Assembly: GCA_030704615.1 (NCBI GenBank)
Contig: JAKLZA010000024.1
Location: 1-47,000, forward strand
From: Takakia lepidozioides
Taxonomy: Eukaryota > Plantae > Bryophyta
Direction of reading: 5' to 3'
DNA length: 47,000 nucleotides
Shown here: piece after piece, positions 36,771-47,000 of the stretch
How the letters are laid out: each line of letters opens with the position of its first letter
How positions within the stretch are numbered: position 1 is the stretch's first letter
Program-made: the position numbers and the translations under genes
Notes under the pieces: model-generated
Told to the model about the DNA's origin: nothing
The model's input: the letters and a program-made list of their open reading frames with translations, nothing else
Database searches by the model: none

Positions 36771-39070
36771 GTGAAACAAGCAACGAATGTGATCTTCCAA
36801 ATTATGAATTATGCGGTCCACATCTTGCAAGCTGAGGGTAATGCCAACGTCCATAAGGCTCTGGTCTAATGGAAAAGTGTCGTCTTTATATCTTGGATTC
36901 TTGAGCAGATTATGTTGCAAGCTTGTCGCATTGTCTATTTGAGATTGATATACTGTTTTGATGAGCATTCTGGTTGCCATGGGTTAGTATGCTGGGGTGC
37001 CTTGTTTCTCAAAGCAGGATTGTTGATGCAAGGGAATAATGAGGGCAGGGCGGGCTAAAGTTAGACCATCAATGGTGGATGGAGGGGGTTTGGTGCTACA
37101 GTGCCTTGGTTGCATTAATATGTGCATGTCGGCGGTTAGTATGCTTATCTGGAATCCTGCATTTTCTGTGAGACTGTGTTACAGGTTTGTAACCATTTTT
37201 GTGGTGCAATGTCTTGGGGTGAGGTGGGGTGTTCATTGATCTTGGTTGCCTCCAGCCTCATCTTTGAAGTAATCCAGATCAGGTTTCATCATTTGTGCAT
37301 CGAAATATGGGTACTGTGCTGTCCAAGGTGATGTTCTCACATCCTCACTTGCAAGGAAATTGGCAGTGGAAAGTTGAAAGTCAAAATCAGAGAGGGCGAG
37401 CATGGAAAGTGGACTAAGAGAATGTGCTTGTAGTGGGTCATAATTAGCCAACCACAATATTCCAGGAACATGTCCTTGTGACGGCTCTGGAAAGGGGCAA
37501 ATTCAAGTAATTGATTCCTGGATGGTTTTTCTAACAGGGGCTGGCACATATGCAGGCTTGCAGGCTTTCCTCTGTGTGCCTTCCTGGCGACTGACAGCAT
37601 AGGAAAAGGAACACGGAAGTCGAGGACAGATAATAACAAGAGATTCTTAATCACATTTGCCCTCTTTTAAGGTATTGATTGGTGAGATGAGAACTCTGAA
37701 GGAAACTGCTAATCTCAGATGTGTTATGCAGCTGACGTGTGCTGTAATCCCTACTAAATCTGCAAATGTTGTATGGCTTGTAATCGGAAAAATGACCTCC
37801 GTGAGATCCATTTTGAAGCCACATTATGACATTTCCAGTCACTGGAATAAGAGGCTGGCCTGTACATAACATGTTTTGACCTTTTTCTTTCAAACTTTGG
37901 GGACTCCGCCCACTTCGGGATTTTTTCTGCGAAGAAGAAGAAAGCCCTCCAGTGCAAATCACAGCAATAGTGTGAGCAACATGTGTTCCAAAAATCTTCA
38001 GATCCTTCTTGCAACTGACCCCAGTCACGAGCTTTGTTTGCATCAACAGGATGGCCAGTTAAGGGGCACCGAGGACATGTTTAACGAGACTCTTTGGCTT
38101 GTGTCACGTGTACAAATGACATTGAACCTGCATGTAAAGTGCCCAGTGATGGTTTGGTGAATCCAGCTGGCTTCCCCCCGCAATATCTTCCCTTTCTCTC
38201 TCACCAAATATATTGTAAATCAGAGTGATTTCAGCTCAAGCAGCAGCCTTACAAGTCCTTACCATTTTGCAGATCTCTCGCAGGCATTACAATTTGTGGC
38301 AAAAGATTCTACCCGAGTGCTGTGTGAAACCCTCCAATCCAAAAGCTATCAGCCCCCATTAGGCTCCTCGTTTTCCTTGTGATCGAGCAAGGGAGAAGAA
38401 AGTAAAGCTTTCACAAAGTGGGAGAGAGAGAGAAAGGAGGGAAGGAGGCTCGCTTCTCAAAAAGTAAAGGCTCATTAATGCCAAGTTCCCTTCCAAGCAT
38501 TCTCATTTGGTTGGCTACAAACATGCAGACCCTCCTTTGAGCCTTAACCTTTACAGAGTCTTCGCACTAACTTACCAGCGAAGAGGATGGGGAAAAGCAC
38601 AGCAGGGGCCATGTTGTTCAGCCGAATGTTAGAGTGGCGCAGATGATGATGACCTGCAGCCCTCGTGAAATGAGAAGGCCCTACTTTGGATCCCATTTCT
38701 GGCTCCCATAAGCCCCTTTGAGCTTCGAGTGGACGTGATGAACTTCAGTTTGTTTTCTCTTCTCCTCCTAGCGACGGATCCATGGAAGCTGTTGTGAGGA
38801 GAGAATGGTTCACAATGCGACCTCCGAAGCTTCGAGGGGACGTCATAAACTGTCTTCTTCTCGTAGCCAACGGACCTATGAAAGCCGTTTGACCTGGGAG
38901 AATGGTTCAGAAGGCGACCTCCAAAGCGCTGTCTGAGTACCTCTGCAATATTCGGTATGATCAAGTTTCCTTCCTTTCGTTTATGTGTGTGAAAAAATAA
39001 GATCAGAAGTTACAACTTGCAAAAAGTGATCCCTGCCAGTTCAAACGCTGAAAAATTAGGCTTTCTGGGG

Positions 39071-41491
39071 ATGGTCATCATACAGCGGTCCGGTTTCAAG
39101 TTTGGAATCATCTCGGTAGGATGGATCAATCAGGATGTGATGTTACAACTGGGGTGGAAATTCCTCCCTGGAAATGGGCAACAGAGTGAGGCATTGACCC
39201 TTTCGGCTGACGTGGATCACGCAGGGTGGTGGGGTTTCAATTGTGGAATCAGACCGAATTACTTGCTGGGCATCAGAGTCTGGGCCTGGGCACGCCCTCA
39301 ATCATTCTTGCTTCTAATGGAGAGCAAAGATGTGATGGAGATGGACACCACGAGTACATTTGTGGAATTAGTGGGAATATGAGCACAGTATTCAAGGAAG
39401 GACGATTGAAGGAGGCAGTGCACAATCTGGATCTCGTGGAGCACCAGGGCTTTCGGACATATTCCAATATCTGTGCTCGTCTCTTGCAGGGCTATGGTAA
39501 GATGAAGGCCTTGGCAGATGGCAAAGGCGTCCACGCCCACATCATCAAAAGTGGATTCCAGCCTGACGCTTTCCTTGGAAATACTCTAGTGTGCATGTAT
39601 GTGAAGTGCGGAAGTGTTGTGGATGCCCGCAGAGTGTTCGATAGCATGCCTAAGCGAGATGTGATCTCATGGAATACCATGATTGCAGGATTGGCTCAGC
39701 AAGGGCACGGGGAAGATGCCTTTAAACTCTACAGGCAAATGCAAAAGGAAGGCATGAATCCTGATGAGATCACTTTTCATCAGCATCCTTAAAGCGTGTG
39801 TGAGCCCTGCAGATCTGGAACAGGGCAAGCAGGTCCATGCTGGCATCATGGAAGCCGGATTAGGGTCGGCTGTCCGAGTGGGGACTGCTCTTGTCAGCAT
39901 GTATTGCAAGTGTGGGAGCGTGATGACTGCACGCCAAGTGTTTGATTGCATGCCTAAACGAGATGTGGTATCATGGAATGCAGTGATTGGAGGATCTGCT
40001 CAGCATGGCCATGGTGAGGAGGCTTTTGAACTTTTACAGCAAATGCAAAGAGCAGGCATGAAGGCAGACAGGATCACTTTCATGAGCATCCTCAACGCAT
40101 GCGCTAACCCAGCTGCACTGGAACAAGGCAAGCGGCTTCATGCAGACATCATTAAAGCTCAATTTGAATCAGATATCCGAGTAGGGACTGCCCTTGTCAG
40201 CATGTATTGCAAGTGTGGGAGTGTGGTGGATGCATGCCAAGTGTTTGACAGAATGGTTAAGCGAGATGTGGTCTCATGGACTGCTATGATCACAGGATTA
40301 GCTCAGCATGGTCATGGTGATGGGGCCTTGGACCTCTTCTGGCAGATGCAAAGAGAAAGCATGCAGCCTGACAAGGTCACTTTTATTAGCATCATCAATG
40401 CATGTGCCAGCGTAGGCATCCTGGAAGAGGGCAAGAGTGTCCACAGTCATACCAGAAAATTTGGCTTTGAGTCAGATATCCGAGTGCAAAATGCCCTCAT
40501 TGACATGTATTGCAAATGTGGCAGTCTGGGTGATGCACAGGGAGTGTTTGACAGAACTCTTGAACGAGACATCATCTCATGGACTGTAATGATCACTGGA
40601 TTTGCCCAGCATGGGTGTGGTAAGGAGGCCCTGCAACTCTTTGAACAGATGCAATGGGACGGCGTGAAAGCCAGATGATTTACATTGGTTGGTGTCCTCT
40701 CTGCATGCAACCATGCGGGCCTAGTGCATGAAGGTCGTCACTACCTGCATTCAATGATTCAACAGCATGGCATCACACCAACACGTGAGCACTATGGCTG
40801 TCTAGTTGACCTTCTTGGTCGCGCAGGGCACTTGGATGAGGCAGAAGACCTTCTCGATAAAATGCCCTTTAAGCCAGATGCTCCAATCTGGGGTGCCTTG
40901 CTTGGTGCCTGTAGAATCCACGGCAATGTTAGGCTGGCAGAGCGTGCTGCAGAATGTGTTCTCAAATTAGAACCACAAAATGCTTCAGTCCACGTGCTAC
41001 TGTCAAACATCTATGCTGTTGCAGGCAGATGGAATGATGTAGCAAAGATCAGGAAAATGATGGAGAACAGAGGCATGAAAAAGGAGCCAGGGCGCAGCTG
41101 GATTGTGGTTAATAGTAGAGTACATGCCTTTGGTGCAGAAGATAAATCACACCACAAACAGAGGAGATCTATACTGAGTTGCAGAGACTAAATCAACAAA
41201 TGGGGGAGGCAGGATATGTGCCTGACACAAGCTTCGTCTTACATGATGGATCAGCATCAGAAGGAACAGGCTCTCTGCTACCATAGTGAAAAGCTTGCCA
41301 TTGCTTTTGGGCTCATCAGCATACCCCATGGGACACCTATCCGCATAATCAAGAATCTTCGGGTGTGTGGTGATTGCCACACGGCCGCAAAGTTCATATC
41401 CAATATTTTGGACGTGAAAATTATTGCAAGGGATGCTAATCGCTTTCATCACTTCAAAATGGGGGTGTGTTCTTGTGGAGATTACTGGTGA
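39071..41491 (+). CDS. PLS-class PPR protein with E1/E2/DYW domains, copy 2
   Basis: Same architecture as copy 1. PG box [28 protein letters not shown] and CSCGDYW*. A few 1-bp indels; start codon uncertain. Confidence 0.95.
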
Positions 41492-42051
41492 TATCATCCG
41501 ATCCACAATCATAACCTTAAAAGCTACCGGTCTTTGTCTAAACTTGTTCTTCTTCTTCAGTCCAGCTGGGTTACACCTATAATCCTTCAGGTTTCTGTTC
41601 AAACGAACCAAGAGTCTATCACTCTCACTCTTCGTGTGATGGAAGCCATTGCATACAACCATCGAGTCTTTTGCAACTAGAGTATGTTTGAGCAGTATTA
41701 CATCTACTTCCAGTTACTTAAATATAGCTGTCTCGCCTGATCTCAAAGTGAGCTTGCGTGATGGGTTGAGGAAAATTGAGCTATATATGACCTCTGATTG
41801 TGGACAGCGAGCATTTTGGCCCGAAGAATCCTAAGTCAGTACCTGGAAGATATGTCACAAGTTTTCAGAGAAGAGAGCGTGGTGCTTCTGTCCAGAAAGA
41901 CCTTTGCAGCTGAAGAATTATCACTCCCACACGACTGCCAAACCAACAGCTTAGACACAAGGACCAATCTCAAGCCACTTCACAGGAAAACCAACCTTCC
42001 CGAGAAACCCTACAACACTCTCCCAGACGATGCAATGAAGAAATGTTTTCT

Positions 42052-42065
42052 AAACCCTAAACCCC
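42052..42065 (+). promoter_or_regulatory. Telo-box upstream of ribosomal protein gene
   Basis: AAACCCTAA about 220 bp upstream of the RPL10 ATG. Telo-boxes are typical of plant ribosomal-protein promoters. Confidence 0.55.
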
Positions 42066-42273
42066 TTCCTATCTTACTCAGCGTGTGTCCAAATCTCAGC
42101 CGCCCAAAACGGAGAATAGATGGATCTCCGCCGTATGTACTAGAAGATGTGAGGGAAAGATAGATACGCAGGCCTTAGCTTCTTAGTTTGGCCTTCGTCT
42201 TGTTCGAGTTCTCTCGGTCAGGCTGCCTGAGCTCATCTGTTCCGTGGTTGCGTCTCGAACTCCAGGTGCTGCG

Positions 42274-44330
<2,057 letters not shown>

Positions 44331-47000
44331 ATTGAATTTGGCAGATGATATTGAACATTGCCGTTTGTTTGTGGCTCATCCACATGATATCATACGTGGA
44401 AAATGGTTCTCTTTTGCTAGTTGTATCTGGCTAAGAAGAGACACCCTACTGAGAAGCCCACTAATCTGTCTACATGTGTCCCTGCCTGTCTATTTTCTAT
44501 TCCATACTTTCAGCATGTTCTCCTCCAAATCTTGTTGCACTTAAAATATATAGCTTCATCTCCAAGCCACATCCAATGTTCACAGAGGAATGGATCTCAG
44601 TTGTCTTGGTCTTTTAGTTGTCCTGCACTGCTGCATAGTAGTGATGGTGGTTCAAAACAGGTTAGCATTTCAAGCTGGGAGTTTAGACTTGGTTCTAAGC
44701 CTGTTTCTCTGAACAGACGCTTGATATGTCTATAAAGTCTATGATGTCACTAACCTGTACTATAGGCTTCATGTCACTGTGAGTGCTGCAGCCTTGATTT
44801 CGTTATCCCACCGACGTTCAGGCATCTATGTACTCTGTTTCCTTGGCTGCAGCCTGCTTCTTCTCTCCTCTTAAGCTGGGCCTTCCTCACTGCCTGTTGT
44901 GTGGTATGCTTAATAGCCTTGGTAAGTTCAGTTTTTCCCCACTTTCATAAACTACAGAAAGTGGAGAAACCTGAGGTAAAACAGACATGTAAGGTTCATT
45001 CTCTACAATACATTCCAGCATCCATTCAGTAGCGGCACTGGCCGTCGTGTTAGTTACTACGAAGTGGTGTGCACAACTACGTATCACACAGAGCCCACCC
45101 CTAAAAGGGGCAGTAGCTGCAAGGGGAAGAGGCTCCTCTTGCAGTTGGTGTCATACATATATATATATATGCTTCACACACACCGTGAAGTGTGGTCACT
45201 GATTTATTGGCCCCTCTTCATTCTAAAGAGGAGACTACGCATCAGTGTCGAAAAGTTTATTTGGTGGTGAGGCCTATATCCTCATACACACTTACCACCT
45301 CTTGGGGTTCCGACAAAAAAAAAACATCTTGATGGATGACTCAAGGCAAATGCGGCTCGACAACACCGGCTCCGATTATGCGGAAAAAGTCCGGGACGGA
45401 ACAAACAAGCCAATGAGAACCTGGGAAAATTGTACAAGAGAAGGGGGCAGCTGGGCAACTGCATCACAGGGCTCCGTGTCATGGGACACTGAAGGAGGCT
45501 GCGAGGCTGGCGTGCCTGGCCCGACGGTTATGGTGGTGACCATCCCTCGCCACCCACCCTCACACTCTGTGCCCCCTCAAGGCCTTCCTCCCCCTGTCGA
45601 CAATACTGCTACTGCACTGCATCAACTTGCTACTGCCGCCTCCCAGGTCCCCCCCATACCTGCGCTCTCCCTCAGTCTGTAGAGTTGGATTGGTGGGCGC
45701 TCACCAAACTCACGCACATGAGGTATCTACAGTCTGAGGGATTCTCTCTGCTTTGCAGTGATTTCTTTCACGTATGTGAGTGAGAGAGAGACCCGAGAGA
45801 GAGGGGGAGTGGAAGGAGAGTGTTGAAATTCGCCTGACGTGGGATGTGTGAGTCACTGAAGAGGGCTTTCTTGCCCAAAAAGGATTGGATTGCTTGCACA
45901 AGGGAGGTAATTGACATGCAGAGGGAGTGCTAGGTCATCATGTTAGTTGTCTATGAGGCTGGAACTTTGGTCCGTGCAGAATGCATAGGCAGGCGGCTCA
46001 AGGGCATTATGTGCGAGGCATTGTTAATGGTAGCCAGGACATGGCGTGTTGCACGGGGTAGTCCGTGTTTGAACTCTGGGCACAGTCATTTGTGCAACTA
46101 GAGATGCCACATATGTGGCTGGTGGAAGTATGTAGCAGGTACACTTAGGGCTGGCATGCTTCTCGAATGGAATGACAAACCTGGAACTCATAGTACCAGA
46201 GTATCATGGAGTGAGTTGGGGCCAGGCTGGTTTTTTGGTACAGTCAACAACTGCTTTCTTTGAGTCAGAGCATACACTGGGTACGAATATGAACAACTTG
46301 GAGGTTCTGCACAGAATATTAATTTTGAAGATAGCAGGAGTGTCCTTGTCAAGGTCAAAATCTTAGTCAGTGTCGGAGGCTACATTGGCCAGAGATATGC
46401 ATAAAGCACAGTGGTACGAGATTGTCTCTGCAATAAGGGGTAAGGTAAGGGTTGAGAATTGAAGTTTCCACTTTGGCACATGCTGTCAAAGAAAAAGAGG
46501 GGAGGACCTCCGGCTCTGAACCAACTGAAGCCCGACAATAAATGGTTTGCCTATTACAAGGAGAAGTTTGGTTCTCAAAACAGATACAACAGATCTTGAA
46601 GACAAGTCTGGGCTGGCCATAGAGAGAGGTGGGACATCATCCAGCAGTCGCGAGACTGGACAGAGGCCATGTAGCATGAAAGGCAACGACTCCATTGTGT
46701 TGCCCATTACCTTCAAGCGTGCCACTTCCCACCATGATGACGAACAGTGCAAAAGTCCAGCAGTGGGTAATCGTGAGCGCAAATTGGATCTGTTCCAGCG
46801 TAGCATTAGCTTAAGAGGCTTGGAGCGTGATGACACACGACGGCGAGCAAGCCAACTGTCCAAAGACACAGAAAGCATATACTCACAGAAGCCTTATGCT
46901 GGACCAGCATTCAGGAGGACAGCATCACTGATCAAGGATGATAAGCATACATCATTGCAGAACAGCCCTCCTGCGGTGCGAGAGGTGCATCGCAACCAAT

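Noticed and set aside
36349-41491. U-to-C (DYW:KP-type) reverse-editing enzymes
   Set aside because: Both domains have a PG-type box, HSEKLA, CGDCH and a DYW end, as in canonical C-to-U factors.
44850-47000. Gene or miRNA precursor downstream of RPL10
   Set aside because: Some splice-like sites and partial resemblance to miR477/miR535-type sequences, but no recognisable protein, exact mature miRNA or clean hairpin.

Overview
Eukaryotic nuclear DNA from a land plant, most likely a non-seed plant such as a moss or other bryophyte. This is inferred from a TRPC4AP homologue, PLS-DYW editing factors and an endonuclease-type Helitron. The assembly appears unpolished, with frequent 1-bp indels even in RPL10. 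Spliced genes: plastid-type ferroportin IREG3/FPN3 (+, ~0.3-5.2 kb), TRPC4AP/TRUSS-like (-, ~10.8-16.3 kb), SWI3D-like (+, ~28.1-32.0 kb) and RPL10/uL16 (+, 42.3-44.3 kb). Two paralogous PLS-E-DYW PPR C-to-U editing genes lie at ~34.5-36.8 and ~39.1-41.5 kb (+). A gene-fragment mosaic at 5.5-10.1 kb includes an orphan DYW domain. A transposon-rich block at 16.5-27 kb holds two tRNA-SINEs, a TTAA/piggyBac-type MITE, Copia and Helentron remnants, a hAT-type MITE and a MULE with a 9-bp TSD. The standout observation is in the ferroportin gene: two tandem homologous exons of exactly 125 nt, in the same phase, encode alternative versions of the metal-binding TM1-TM2 segment and cannot be spliced together in frame. 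This is a candidate mutually exclusive exon switch in a plant metal transporter.
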